Shown one piece after another: positions 19,577 through 29,734 of a DNA stretch of 64,000 nucleotides; position 1 is the first letter of the stretch; every line of letters starts with the position of its first letter. This DNA comes from an uncultured Solirubrobacterales bacterium (GTDB lineage Bacteria; Actinomycetota; Thermoleophilia; Solirubrobacterales; JBBDJG01). The translations under genes were made by a program, and so were the position numbers. The notes below the pieces were generated by a model that was given only the letters and a program-made list of their open reading frames with translations, searched no databases and had not been told where the DNA came from. The DNA lies in contig CAVYJN010000014.1 of NCBI GenBank assembly GCA_963768885.1, forward strand, positions 129,997 through 193,996. The letters run 5' to 3'.

Positions 19577-20722
19577 ATGGACCTCCTCGAGTACCAAGGC
19601 AAGCAGCTGTTCGCCCGGCGCGGCGTCCCCGTGCCCGAGGGTCGTCTCGCGACGTCCCCGGCCGAGGCGCGGAAGGCTGCCGAGGAGCTGGGCTTCCCCG
19701 TGGTCGTCAAGGCGCAGGTCCAGATCGGGGGCCGCGGCAAGGCCGGCGGGATCAAGCTCGCCAACGACGCGGCCGAGGCCGAGACACATGCCGGGGCGAT
19801 CCTCGGGATGGACATCCGGGGCCTCACGGTCCACGAGGTCTGGGTCGAGCGGGCCTCCGACATCGCGGCCGAGTACTACGCCGCCGTGGTCTTCGACCGC
19901 AGCGCGAAGAAGCCCCTCGTGATGCTCTCCGCGGCCGGCGGGATGGAGATCGAGGAGGTCGCGGAGGACAAGATCGCGCGGCTCCACGTCGATCCGCTCG
20001 TCGGGTTCCTCCCCTTCCACGGACGCCGGCTCGCCTTCGAGGCCGCGATCGACGCCGACGTGGTGCGGCCGGTCGGAGCGATGCTCGCGAAGCTCTACGA
20101 CGCGTTCGTCGGGTTCGACGCGATGCTGGTCGAGGTCAACCCGCTGATCGTCACGGGCGACCGCCAGGTCACGGCGCTGGACGCCAAGGTGACCGTCGAC
20201 GACAACGCGCTCGGGCGCCAGCCGGACATCGCGGAGATGCGCAACCCGTCGACCGAGGACCCGCAGGAGCAGATGGCAAAGGAGCGCGGCGTCACATACG
20301 TGAAGCTCGACGGCGAGATCGGGATCCTCGGCAACGGCGCCGGGCTCGTGATGTCGACGCTCGACGTCGTCGCGCAGGCCGGCGGCCGGCCCGCGAACTT
20401 CCTCGACGTGGGCGGCGGCGCCAAGGCGGAGGAGATCGTCGCCGCGCTCGAGGTGCTGCTCTCCGACGAGAAGGTCAAGGCCGTCCTGTTCAACATCTTC
20501 GGCGGGATCACCCGCTGCGACGAGGTCGCCAACGGCATCCTCCAGGCGCTCGACCAGATCGACGTGTCGGTCCCGATCGTCGTGCGCCTCGACGGCACCA
20601 ACGACGAGGAGGGCCGCCGCATCCTGGCGGAGGCGGACGCGGCGCAGCTGCACCCGGCGAAGACGATGCTCGAGGCCGCGGACCTCGTCGTGAAGCTCTC
20701 GAAGGAAGGGGCGGCAGCCTAG
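19577..20722 (+). CDS. sucC: Succinyl-CoA ligase beta subunit
   Basis: MDLLEYQGK, KAQVQIGGRGKAGG, GNGAGL, NFLDVGGGA, NIFGGI. Confidence 0.97.
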   Translation: MDLLEYQGKQLFARRGVPVPEGRLATSPAEARKAAEELGFPVVVKAQVQIGGRGKAGGIKLANDAAEAETHAGAILGMDIRGLTVHEVWVERASDIAAEYYAAVVFDRSAKKPLVMLSAAGGMEIEEVAEDKIARLHVDPLVGFLPFHGRRLAFEAAIDADVVRPVGAMLAKLYDAFVGFDAMLVEVNPLIVTGDRQVTALDAKVTVDDNALGRQPDIAEMRNPSTEDPQEQMAKERGVTYVKLDGEIGILGNGAGLVMSTLDVVAQAGGRPANFLDVGGGAKAEEIVAALEVLLSDEKVKAVLFNIFGGITRCDEVANGILQALDQIDVSVPIVVRLDGTNDEEGRRILAEADAAQLHPAKTMLEAADLVVKLSKEGAAA

Positions 20723-21601
20723 ATGGCGATCCTCGTCGACCAGGACACGAAGCTGCTCGTCCAGGGATTGACCGGCCGCGAGGGCTCGTTCCACGGCCTG
20801 CGCAACCGGGAGTACGGGACCGACCTGGTCGCCGGCGTGACTCCCGGGAAGAAGGGCCAGGACGTCGAGGGCGTGCCGATCTTCGACACCGTGCACGAGG
20901 CGGTCGGCGAGACCGGTGCCAACACCGCGATGGTCTTCGTGCCGCCGCCCTTCGCCGCAGATGCGATCTACGAGGCGGCCGATGCCGGGATCGCGACGAT
21001 CATCTGCATCACCGAGGGGATCCCCGCGCACGACATGCTGCGCGTCTACAACTACCTCAAGGGCACGGAGTCGCGGCTGATCGGCCCCAACTGCCCGGGC
21101 GTGCTCTCCCCCGGCAAGGCCAACGTCGGGATCATCCCCGCGCACTTCTTCTCCCCGGGCGGCGTCGGGCTGCTGTCGCGGTCGGGCACCCTGACCTACC
21201 AGATCGGCAACGAGCTGGCCCAGCTCGGCGTCGGCAACTCCACGATCGTCGGCATCGGCGGCGACCCGATCATCGGCTCGTCGTTCATCGACGTGATCGC
21301 CCAGTTCGAGCAGGACCCCGAGACCGAGCTGATCGTGATGGTCGGCGAGATCGGCGGCGACGAGGAGGAGCGCACGGCCGAGTACATCGACGAGCACGTG
21401 ACCAAGCCGGTGGTCGCCTACATCGCGGGCTTCGAGGCGCCGCCGGGCAAGCGCATGGGTCACGCGGGAGCGATCATCTCCGGGTCGTCGGGCACCGCCC
21501 AGGCGAAGGCCGAGGCGCTCGAGGCCAAGGGCGTGCCCGTGGGACGCAACCCGACCGAGGCGGCGCGCATGGCCGCGGAGCGGGTCGGGGCCAAGGCCTA
21601 G
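20723..21601 (+). CDS. sucD: Succinyl-CoA ligase alpha subunit
   Basis: GPNCPG, SRSGTLTY, RMGHAGA (phospho-His). Confidence 0.97.
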   Translation: MAILVDQDTKLLVQGLTGREGSFHGLRNREYGTDLVAGVTPGKKGQDVEGVPIFDTVHEAVGETGANTAMVFVPPPFAADAIYEAADAGIATIICITEGIPAHDMLRVYNYLKGTESRLIGPNCPGVLSPGKANVGIIPAHFFSPGGVGLLSRSGTLTYQIGNELAQLGVGNSTIVGIGGDPIIGSSFIDVIAQFEQDPETELIVMVGEIGGDEEERTAEYIDEHVTKPVVAYIAGFEAPPGKRMGHAGAIISGSSGTAQAKAEALEAKGVPVGRNPTEAARMAAERVGAKA

Positions 21602-21621
21602 CGCCCTCTATCCTCACCACG

Positions 21622-22725
21622 ATGGCCTCCACCGCCCCCATCTCCTTTGCGCGCGGGGCTCCGAGCCTCGACATCATGCCGGCGGCCGACGTGCTCGCCG
21701 CAGCGCAGCGCGCACTCACCGACGATCCCGCCGGGGCGCTGTCCTACGGGCCGGGGTACGGGTACGCGCCGCTGCGCGAGTGGATCGCGGAGCGCCACGG
21801 CGTCGAGCCGAGCAGCGTCGTGCTGTTCAACGGGTCGCTCGAGGCCGGGCTGATGCTGTTCGACCACCTGATCGATCCGGGTGACCCGGTGATCGTCGAG
21901 GCGCCGTCGTACGACCGCACGCTGCTCGCGCTCGAGGCGCGCGGCGCCGAGCGCTTCGCCGTGCCGCTCCAGCCGGACGGCATCGACGTGGGCGCGCTCG
22001 AGACAGCCCTCGCGGCCGGCCTCCAGCCGGCGTTCGCGCACATCATCCCCAACTTCCACAACCCGGCCGGCTGCACGCTCTCGCTGGAGAAGCGCGAGCG
22101 GCTCGTCGCGCTCGCCGCCGAGTACGACTTCGTGATCTTCGAGGACGACCCCTATCGCGACGTGCGCTTCGAGGGCGCGGACCTGCCCACGATGCTCTCG
22201 CGCGACACCGCGGGCAACGTCGTCTACGCGAGCTCCTTCTCGAAGACCATCGCGCCCGGCGTCCGGGTCGGATACCTGATCGGGCCCGAGGACCTGATGG
22301 CCGCAGTCACCAAGCAGGCCGTCAACACGTACATCTCCCCGAACATGCTGGCGCAGGCGATCGTCGGCGAGTTCTGCCGCTCGGGTGCGATCGGCCGCTC
22401 GATCGACACGGTGAAGCACGCGCTGCGCGAGCGCCGCGACGCGGTCGCAGACGGGCTGCGCGAGCACATCGGCGACGAGGCCCGCTTCGTGACCCCGGAG
22501 GGCGGCTACTTCCTATGGGTCGAGCTCGGCGACGACGTCGACACGACGGTGCTCCAGGCCGCGGCCGCGGAGCGCGGCGTGACGTTCGTCGCGGGCAGCG
22601 ACTTCATGCTCGAGGGCGGCACGAGCGCGATGCGGCTCGCCTACTCGGCGGTCACGCCCGAGCAGGCGACCGAGGGCACCCGCCGCCTCGGCGAGGCGCT
22701 CGCCGCGATCAAGCAGCCGGCCTAG
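21622..22725 (+). CDS. PLP-dependent class I aminotransferase (LysN/MocR-like)
   Basis: IPNFHNPAG, FEDDPY, SFSKTIAPGVRVG, PEGGYFLW. Confidence 0.9.
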   Translation: MASTAPISFARGAPSLDIMPAADVLAAAQRALTDDPAGALSYGPGYGYAPLREWIAERHGVEPSSVVLFNGSLEAGLMLFDHLIDPGDPVIVEAPSYDRTLLALEARGAERFAVPLQPDGIDVGALETALAAGLQPAFAHIIPNFHNPAGCTLSLEKRERLVALAAEYDFVIFEDDPYRDVRFEGADLPTMLSRDTAGNVVYASSFSKTIAPGVRVGYLIGPEDLMAAVTKQAVNTYISPNMLAQAIVGEFCRSGAIGRSIDTVKHALRERRDAVADGLREHIGDEARFVTPEGGYFLWVELGDDVDTTVLQAAAAERGVTFVAGSDFMLEGGTSAMRLAYSAVTPEQATEGTRRLGEALAAIKQPA

Positions 22726-22732
22726 GCCGCGT

Positions 22733-23453
22733 CTAGCGACCGTAGCGGTCTTTGCCCGAGCACCAGCTGCTCGGGCAGCGCGGTGCGCGGCGGCGGCGAG
22801 GGATCGGCCTTCACCGAGACCGTCTCCGCGACGCTGCGGGTGACCGTCAGCGACGATCCGTTCGAGGCGACCACGACGTCGTCGTCATTCGACTCCGCGA
22901 GCTTGCCCGCGAGGCCCGGGTGCAGTCCCGCCCGCTTGAGGTAGTGGAGGATGTCCTCGGCTTCGTTCTCGAACCGCAGGATCACCACGTCGGCGCCCTC
23001 CTCCACATCGGCGAGCGGCACGCCGGGGATCCGGTTTCCGGGTGAGATCGGGTGCCCGTGGGGACAGGTCTTCGCGTCGCCGACGGCCGTGATCATCCAC
23101 TGCTCGAAGGCGGGCGACATCGCGTGCTCGAGCTTCTCCGCCTCCTCGTGCACGTCGTCCCACGCGATGCCGACGACGTCGGTCAGGAACCGCTCGATCA
23201 GCCGGTGGCGGCCGACGATCGCCTCCGCCTGCTCGAGGCCGGTGTCGGTGAACCGCAGGGAGCGGTCCTCCTCGCGCGCGACATAGCCGTCGTTCTCGAG
23301 GCGGCCGAGCATCTCGTGCACCGTCGGCGGCGAGAGCCGCATCGCCCGGGCGATGTTGGCACCCGTGATCGGCAGCTCCGCCTCCATCAACCAGTAGATG
23401 ATCTGGAGGTACTCCTCCTCGGCGGGGGTGGCGTGAGCGTGCTCGACGGACAC
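22733..23453 (-). CDS. DtxR/MntR family metal-dependent regulator with FeoA-like C-domain
   Basis: EEYLQIIY, RHRLIERFL, EAEKLEH, CPHGHPI; a likely 1-nt insertion near 22755 gives the true end ...LGKDRYGR-stop. Confidence 0.9.
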
Positions 23454-23505
23454 GGCTTCAGAGCGTACTACGGGCGCACCGCCGGGCCGGGGCTATGCTG
23501 CGGCG

Positions 23506-24003
23506 ATGGCCCGGGTCGAGGTCCGCGAGGCGGACATCACCAAGCTCGACGTGGATGCGATCGCGAATGCCGCGAACACGCAGCTACTGCACGGCGGCGG
23601 GGTTGCAGGTGCGATCGTGCAGGCGGGCGGGCCGTCGATCATCGACGAGAGCGACGCGAAGTCCCCGATCGGCCTGGGCGAGGCGATCGAGACCTCCGCG
23701 GGCGAGCTGCCCGCGCGCTGGGTGATCCATGCGGCGACGATGGAGCCCGGCGGGCCTACCTCGCCCGAGGTCATCCGCCGCGCGACGGCGAGCACCCTTG
23801 CCAAGGCGGACGAGCTCGGCGCCCGCTCGCTCGCGCTCGTGGCGTTCGGCACCGGCGTCGGCGGGTTCCCGCTGGACGAGGCGGCGCGCATCGAGGTCGA
23901 GGAGGTGCGCGGGCACCTGGAGCGCGGCTCGGCGCTCGAGCTGGTCGTGTTCGCGGTGCGGGGCGACGAGGCACGCGCGGCGTTCGAGCGGGCATTGGCG
24001 TGA
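23506..24003 (+). CDS. Macro domain protein (ADP-ribose/O-acetyl-ADP-ribose hydrolase)
   Basis: ADIT, NAAN..LLHGGGVAGAI, VIHA, AFGTGVGGFP. Confidence 0.92.
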   Translation: MARVEVREADITKLDVDAIANAANTQLLHGGGVAGAIVQAGGPSIIDESDAKSPIGLGEAIETSAGELPARWVIHAATMEPGGPTSPEVIRRATASTLAKADELGARSLALVAFGTGVGGFPLDEAARIEVEEVRGHLERGSALELVVFAVRGDEARAAFERALA

Positions 24004-25070
24004 GCGTGGCCGCGCGGCCGGTACTCGTCGCTCCCGACAAGTTCAAGGGCACGTTCACGGCGCACGAGGCGGCGCTCGCGATCGGGCGCGGCCTCGCGGG
24101 GGCGGGGGTCGAGCCCGTCGAGATCCTGCCGCTCGCCGACGGCGGCGAGGGAACGATGGAGGCGATCGTCCGCGCGCGTGGCGGCCGGATCCTGGCCGCG
24201 CCCGCGAGCGACGCGCTCGGGCGGGAGGTGGAGGGCGCGTTCGCGCTGCTCGTGGGAGGGAAGGTCGCCGTCGTCGAGCAGGCGCAGGCCTCGGGGCTCT
24301 GGCGCGTGGCCGACCACGAGCGCGACGCGCTCGGCGCCACCAGCCGCGGGACCGGCGAGCTGATCGCCGCCGCGATCGCGAGCGGCGCGCGCGAGGTGCT
24401 GGTGACCGTCGGCGGCAGCGCGACGAGCGACGGCGGCCGCGGTGCGCTCGAGGCGCTCGGCGGGCACTTCACGTCGCGCAGCGCCGACGTCAGCGAGCTT
24501 CGCCGGCGCCTGCGCGGAGTGCGCTTGTCCGTCGCGAGCGACGTGCGCAACCCGCTGGTCGGCGATGCCGGGGCGGCCGCCACGTTCGCGCCGCAGAAGG
24601 GCGCCGACCCGGGCCAGGTCGAGGCCATCGAGAAGCGGCTGCGCGCCTGGGCGGCGCTCGCGCGCCGGACCACCGGGCGCGATCCGGCCGCCGAGCCGAT
24701 GGCGGGCGCGGGCGGCGGGCTCGCGGGCGGGCTGTGGGCGTTCGCCGGCGCGAAGCTGCGCCCCGGCGCCGCGCTCGTGCTCGACGTGGTGGGCTTCGAC
24801 GCGCTCGCGCGGGGATCGTTCGCGGTCGTCACGGGCGAGGGCCGCCTCGACCGCCAGACCCTCGGCGGGAAGCTCGTCTTCGAGGTCGCCACCCGTGCGC
24901 GGCAGGGCGGGGTGCCGTGTTACGCGGTCGTGGGCCGCGACGACGTCGAGCCGTTCGAGCGCCACATCATGAACCTCGAGGTCGAGGCCGCCTCACGCGA
25001 CGGAGCGCCGGCGTCGGCGACGGACATCGAGCGGGCCGCCCGCCGCCTCGCGCACCGGCTCACGGCATAG
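24000..25070 (+). CDS. Glycerate kinase (GlxK/GarK family)
   Basis: APDKFKGT, PLADGGEGT, GGSATSDGG, FAPQKGA, TGEGRLDRQTLGGK. Confidence 0.92.
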   Translation: MSVAARPVLVAPDKFKGTFTAHEAALAIGRGLAGAGVEPVEILPLADGGEGTMEAIVRARGGRILAAPASDALGREVEGAFALLVGGKVAVVEQAQASGLWRVADHERDALGATSRGTGELIAAAIASGAREVLVTVGGSATSDGGRGALEALGGHFTSRSADVSELRRRLRGVRLSVASDVRNPLVGDAGAAATFAPQKGADPGQVEAIEKRLRAWAALARRTTGRDPAAEPMAGAGGGLAGGLWAFAGAKLRPGAALVLDVVGFDALARGSFAVVTGEGRLDRQTLGGKLVFEVATRARQGGVPCYAVVGRDDVEPFERHIMNLEVEAASRDGAPASATDIERAARRLAHRLTA

Positions 25071-25074
25071 CGGC

Positions 25075-25881
25075 TCAGCGCTCGGCGAGCGAGCGCACGA
25101 TCGCCTCGTAGAAGCCGGCCGTCATCGGCTCCTCGGTGACCGTGATGTTCGGGTGGTGCGAGCCCGCGGCAAGCTCCGGGTCCTTGTCGAGCGCGTTCGA
25201 GACGAGGAAGAAGCGGCCGACCACCTCCGCGATCTCGAGGTCGCCGCGCGCGTCCCCGATCGCGATCACGTCGTCGGGCCCGAACCCGCGGCGGCGCATG
25301 TGGGCCGCCACCGCGCGCCCCTTGCCGGCCTCGCGCGCGATCAGGTGATAGGTGTGGACCTGGTCGGCGATCAGCTCCGGCGAGCGCCGCTCGGTGATGC
25401 CGTTGTCGACCAGCCGCACGTCGAGGCCGTTGTCGGCGAAGAGCGCCTCGACCTCGCCGAGCGGCACCTCCCCGCGGAACAGGTGAGTGAAGAACCGGTC
25501 CGTGTGCCACGGGGCGTGCGGCTCGATCCGCCGCGGGAAGGCCTCCATCAGCAGGCGCGGCGCGCCGGCGCGCGCGATCTGATCGTGCACCGTCTCGTCG
25601 CCGGGCTGGAACGAGCCGGTCAGGAACACCTCCTCGGGCCCGTCGACCATCGCGCTGCCCATCTCGTAGATGTACGAGTGCTGCCCGATCAGCCGCGCGT
25701 CCTCGTAGACCTGCGCCTTGCGGCGCCCGGACTGGATCACGACCTCGACCCCCGCGCGGTGGCAGGCCTCGAGCGCCCGCACCGCGAGCGTCGAGAAGTT
25801 GCCCTCGGCGTCGCGCAGCAGCGACGCGCCCCTGCCGAGCATGGTCCCGTCGAGGTCCGTGTAGACGCAGCGCAGCGGCAC
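25075..25881 (-). CDS. Cof-type HAD phosphatase, probable glucosyl-3-phosphoglycerate phosphatase
   Basis: TDLDGT, SGR, GK...AIGDARGD; follows gpgS in an operon. Confidence 0.75.
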   Translation of the reverse strand: MPLRCVYTDLDGTMLGRGASLLRDAEGNFSTLAVRALEACHRAGVEVVIQSGRRKAQVYEDARLIGQHSYIYEMGSAMVDGPEEVFLTGSFQPGDETVHDQIARAGAPRLLMEAFPRRIEPHAPWHTDRFFTHLFRGEVPLGEVEALFADNGLDVRLVDNGITERRSPELIADQVHTYHLIAREAGKGRAVAAHMRRRGFGPDDVIAIGDARGDLEIAEVVGRFFLVSNALDKDPELAAGSHHPNITVTEEPMTAGFYEAIVRSLAER

Positions 25882-25889
25882 GGGCGGGG

Positions 25890-26870
25890 TCAGCGGACGT
25901 CCGCCATCGGCGGCCGCTCGAGCACCTTCACGCGGGGCTGCTCGAGCACCACGCCGCCGGGCGTGCACGCGGCGTGCAGGTACGTCTCCGCGTCGGCCGC
26001 GGCCACGTCGGCGGGCAGGCGGCCCTCCTCCGCGACGCGCATCAGCACCGCGCGCGCGACCGCGTACGACATCGCGCCGAGCGCCAGCAGCCGCTGCGAG
26101 CGGTTGTGGCGCGTGCCGAGGTCGACCTGCGCCATCGCGTCCAGGCCCGCGCGGCGCAGCACGTCGATCATCATCGCGGTCTCGACGGCGTAGCCGGTGC
26201 AGAACGGGATCGAGCGCAACAGGTCGCGGCGCGCCGCGACCTCGCCCGCGAGCGGCTGACCGAACCCGCACAGCTGGGGGTAGAAGATGCCGAACAGCGG
26301 CTTCGCCGTGAGCTCGGTGACGCGGCCCGCGTCGTCGACCACGGTGCCGTCGGGCGCCGTGAACGGGCGGTGGTAGGCCCCCTTCACGAACCGCACCGAC
26401 GGCTCCACGAGCAGCGGCCCGAGCAGCCCGTATACGAAGTGGCGCCCGAAGTTCGCCGTGTCGGCGTCGGCGAAGACGATCACGTCTCCGCGCGCCACCG
26501 ACAGTGCCCGCCACATCGCGTCGCCCTTGCCGACGACGGGACCGAAGTCCGGCATCAGCTCCGCCTCGTCGTGGACCTCGGCGCCTCCGCGGCGCGCCAT
26601 CTCTGCCGTGCCGTCGGCCGACCCGGCGTCGACGACGACCAACTGGTCCACCAGTCCGGCCTGCTCGCGCAGCGCGCCGATCTCGTCCAGGATCGGCCCG
26701 AGCGTCGGCGCGACCTCGCGGGTCGGCAGCACGAGGCTGACCGACACGCCGAGGTCCCGCTTGCGCGCGGCAAGGCGCGCGACGTCGGCGAACTGCCCGT
26801 GGCGGTAGGAGCGAGATTCGAACCATTCGCGCCCGGACGGAGCGGAGATGTCCCTCACGGCCACTGTCAT
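25890..26870 (-). CDS. gpgS: Glucosyl-3-phosphoglycerate synthase (GT81)
   Basis: GKGDAMWRAL, FADAD, GRVTELTAKP, QPLAGE, GYAVE, RHNR. Confidence 0.88.
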   Translation of the reverse strand: MTVAVRDISAPSGREWFESRSYRHGQFADVARLAARKRDLGVSVSLVLPTREVAPTLGPILDEIGALREQAGLVDQLVVVDAGSADGTAEMARRGGAEVHDEAELMPDFGPVVGKGDAMWRALSVARGDVIVFADADTANFGRHFVYGLLGPLLVEPSVRFVKGAYHRPFTAPDGTVVDDAGRVTELTAKPLFGIFYPQLCGFGQPLAGEVAARRDLLRSIPFCTGYAVETAMMIDVLRRAGLDAMAQVDLGTRHNRSQRLLALGAMSYAVARAVLMRVAEEGRLPADVAAADAETYLHAACTPGGVVLEQPRVKVLERPPMADVR

Positions 26871-26892
26871 CGCGCCTCTACTGTTACAGACG

Positions 26893-29184
26893 ATGGAGCA
26901 GAGCTGGACGGAAGCGCTCGCGGGACTGCTCGCGGGGGAGGACGAGCGGCTGGTCACCCGTGTCCGGCAGCCCGGTCAGGCGGCCGTGCGGGCGCCGATC
27001 CCCGACGAGCTCCACCCGGACGCGCGCGCGGCGCTCGCCGAAGCGGGGATCACGTCGCTGTACTCCCACCAGGCCGACGCGTGGGAGAGCGTGATGCGCC
27101 GCGGGCACACGATCGTCACGACCGGCACGGCGAGCGGCAAGTCGCTGTGCTTCAACCTCCCCGTGCTGCACGTGCTCTCCTGCGACCCGCGCGCGCGGGC
27201 GCTGTACCTCTACCCCACCAAGGCGCTCGCGCAGGACCAGGCGCGCGCCCTGGCCGCGATGCGCACGCCGGCGCTGCGCCACGCGATCTACGACGGGGAC
27301 ACCCCGCAGGCGGAGCGGGCCGCGATCCGCCGCCACTCCAACGTCGTGCTCACGAACCCGGACATGCTGCACGTCGGCATCCTGCCCCATCACGCGGGCT
27401 GGGGCGACTTCCTCGCCAACCTCGCGCTCGTCGTGGTCGACGAGGCACACGTCTACCGCGGCGTGTTCGGGTCGCACGTCGCGAACGTCCTGCGCCGGCT
27501 GCGGCGGCTCGCGCAGGCCTACGGCACCACGCCGCGGTTCGTGATGACCTCGGCGACGATCGCGAACCCCGGCGCGCTCGCGCGCGAGCTGACCGGGCTC
27601 GAGTTCGACCTCGTCGACCGCGACGGGTCCGAGCACGGCGAGCGCGAGGTCGTGATGTGCAACCCGCCGCTGCTCGACGAGCGCACGATGCGCCGCGCGT
27701 CGAGCCTCAGCGAGGCGGCCAACATGTTCGCGGACCTCGTCGCCGCGGAGGTCCGCACGATCTGCTTCGCGCGCAGCCGCCGCGCGGCGGAGCTGATCTA
27801 CCAGTTCGCGCGCGCCAGGCTCGAGGAGATCTCCGACCATGCGGGCGCCATCACTCCCTACCGCGCCGGCTACACGCCGCAGCAGCGGCGCGAGATCGAG
27901 GGCGACCTCGCGCGCGGCGACCTGCTCGGGGTGGTCACCACGAACGCGCTCGAGCTGGGCATCGACATCGGCCATCTCGACGCGGCGATGTCGGTCACCT
28001 TCCCGGGCACGGTGGCGAGCCTGCGCCAGCAGTGGGGTCGCGCCGGGCGCACCGAGCGCGGCGGCCTCGCGATGTACGTCGCGGGCGACGACGCGCTCGA
28101 CCAGTTCTTCTGCCGGCACCCCGAGGAGTTCCTCGAGCGCCCGGTGGAGGCCGCGATCCTCGACCACTGCTCCGAGACGATCTTCATGAACCACCTCTGC
28201 GTCGCCGCCTACGAGGGACCGCTCGAGCCCGCGGACGAGGACACGCTCGGCCCCGGGATGATCGCGGCGGCCGATCGTCTCGTCGCGGCCGGCAAGCTGC
28301 GCAAGCGCGGCGCGCGCTACCACCCGCGCGACTGGAAGTTCCCCGCCGCGAAGCTCTCGCTGCGCTCCGCCTCCCCCGACAGCTTCACGATCGTCGATGC
28401 CGACGGAGGCGAGGTGATCGGGTTCGTCGAGGCGGAGCGTGCGTTCTCGACCGTTCATCCCGGCGCGGTCTACCTGCACCTCGGCGAGCCCTACGAGGTC
28501 GAGGACCTCGACGTGGACGGACGGCGCGCGCTCGTGCGCCCCGCCGAGGGCAACTACTACACGCAGCCGAAGATCGAGACGGAGACCTTCATCGAGGAGA
28601 CGCGCGAGGAGCGCGACGCGCTCGGGGTCGCGCTGCGGTTCGGAGTCGTGTCGGTGATGCAGGAGGTCGTGGCCTTCCAGCGCAAGCGCATGTCCGATCA
28701 CGAGGTGATCGACCTCCAGACGCTCGACCTGCCCGAGCAGAACTTCGTCACGCAGGCGCTCTGGTACGAGCTGCCCGACATGGTCGAAGCGCTTCCGCTC
28801 GCGGCGATGCTGGGTGCCCTGCACGCAGCCGAGCACTCGCAGATCGCGGTGCTCCCGCTGATCGCGATGTGCGACCGCTGGGACATCGGCGGCCTCTCGA
28901 CCAACCTCCACCACCAGACCGGCTGCCCGACCATCTTCATCTACGACGGGCATCCCGGGGGAGTGGGCATCACACGCCGCGGCTTCGACGAGTTCGAGCG
29001 CCTGGTCGGCGACGCGCGCAGGCTGATCGGCGAGTGCCCCTGCGAGGCGGGCTGCCCGTCCTGCGTGCAGTCGCCGAAGTGCGGCAACCTGAACGAGCCG
29101 CTCTCCAAGCATGGGGCGCTGGACCTGATGGCGCGGATGCTGGGCGCGGGCCACGAGGCGCCGGCGGGCCACCCCGTTGGCTGA
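26893..29184 (+). CDS. DEAD/DEAH-box helicase with C-terminal DUF1998 (MrfA/Hrq1-like)
   Basis: TGTASGKS, DEAH, SAT, ALELGIDIG, QQWGRAGR, CPCEAGCPSC...KC metal motif. Confidence 0.93.
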   Translation: MEQSWTEALAGLLAGEDERLVTRVRQPGQAAVRAPIPDELHPDARAALAEAGITSLYSHQADAWESVMRRGHTIVTTGTASGKSLCFNLPVLHVLSCDPRARALYLYPTKALAQDQARALAAMRTPALRHAIYDGDTPQAERAAIRRHSNVVLTNPDMLHVGILPHHAGWGDFLANLALVVVDEAHVYRGVFGSHVANVLRRLRRLAQAYGTTPRFVMTSATIANPGALARELTGLEFDLVDRDGSEHGEREVVMCNPPLLDERTMRRASSLSEAANMFADLVAAEVRTICFARSRRAAELIYQFARARLEEISDHAGAITPYRAGYTPQQRREIEGDLARGDLLGVVTTNALELGIDIGHLDAAMSVTFPGTVASLRQQWGRAGRTERGGLAMYVAGDDALDQFFCRHPEEFLERPVEAAILDHCSETIFMNHLCVAAYEGPLEPADEDTLGPGMIAAADRLVAAGKLRKRGARYHPRDWKFPAAKLSLRSASPDSFTIVDADGGEVIGFVEAERAFSTVHPGAVYLHLGEPYEVEDLDVDGRRALVRPAEGNYYTQPKIETETFIEETREERDALGVALRFGVVSVMQEVVAFQRKRMSDHEVIDLQTLDLPEQNFVTQALWYELPDMVEALPLAAMLGALHAAEHSQIAVLPLIAMCDRWDIGGLSTNLHHQTGCPTIFIYDGHPGGVGITRRGFDEFERLVGDARRLIGECPCEAGCPSCVQSPKCGNLNEPLSKHGALDLMARMLGAGHEAPAGHPVG

Positions 29185-29668
29185 GGAACGCCGCTACGCG
29201 GCCGTGATCGGGCCGAGCAGCTGTCCCGACGAGACCGGCGACCTCTGCCGGGCGGTCGGGCGCGGGCTGGCCGAGGCCGGGTTCACGCTCGTGACCGGCG
29301 GCATGGGCGGCGCGATGGAAGCGGCCTCGCGCGGCGCGCAGGAGGCCGGCGGCACCGTCGTCGGGATCCTGCCGGGCACGGACCGCACCGCGGCGAACGC
29401 CCACTCCGACGTGACCGTGGTGACCGGCCTCGGGCACGCCCGCAACCTCGCCGTCGTCGCGTCCGCCGACGTCGTGGTCGCGGTCGGCGGCGAGTGGGGC
29501 ACGCTCTCTGAGATCGGTCTTGCAGGGGCGCTGGGACGACCGCTCGTCCTGCTCGCGGGGTGGCGCCTGGAGCACGAATCCCGCATGCCGGGCGGGATCC
29601 GCTACGCACGGGACCCCGCGGAGGCGGTCTCGCTGGCGGTCGAGGCAACTGGACGGACGTCCACTTAG
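29177..29668 (+). CDS. TIGR00725 / LOG-SLOG family nucleotide-binding protein
   Basis: TGGMGGAMEA, GILPG, GHARN, GGEWGTLSEI. Confidence 0.88.
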   Translation: MAEERRYAAVIGPSSCPDETGDLCRAVGRGLAEAGFTLVTGGMGGAMEAASRGAQEAGGTVVGILPGTDRTAANAHSDVTVVTGLGHARNLAVVASADVVVAVGGEWGTLSEIGLAGALGRPLVLLAGWRLEHESRMPGGIRYARDPAEAVSLAVEATGRTST

Positions 29669-29734
29669 CCTCGAAAACGCTCAACAACCGTCGTAGCGCC
29701 GCCGAAACGGGCATTGACGCAAGGAGGTGTCCGT

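Noticed and set aside
26865-26884. PafBC (RecA-NDp) promoter before the helicase
   Set aside because: TGTCAT-N8-TACTGT has the wrong spacing (N10 expected) and a mismatched hexamer.
19510-29207. Very long alternative-frame ORFs (1071 aa, 883 aa, 1077 aa and similar)
   Set aside because: Arg/Ala/Pro-rich shadow frames typical of high-GC DNA, overlapping clear genes; only their terminal parts are sometimes real.
26893-29668. DUF1998 helicase plus SLOG protein as an anti-phage system (DISARM, Druantia, Thoeris)
   Set aside because: Single MrfA/Hrq1-type helicase and a TIGR00725-type protein; no methylase, PLD, TIR or SIR2 partners.
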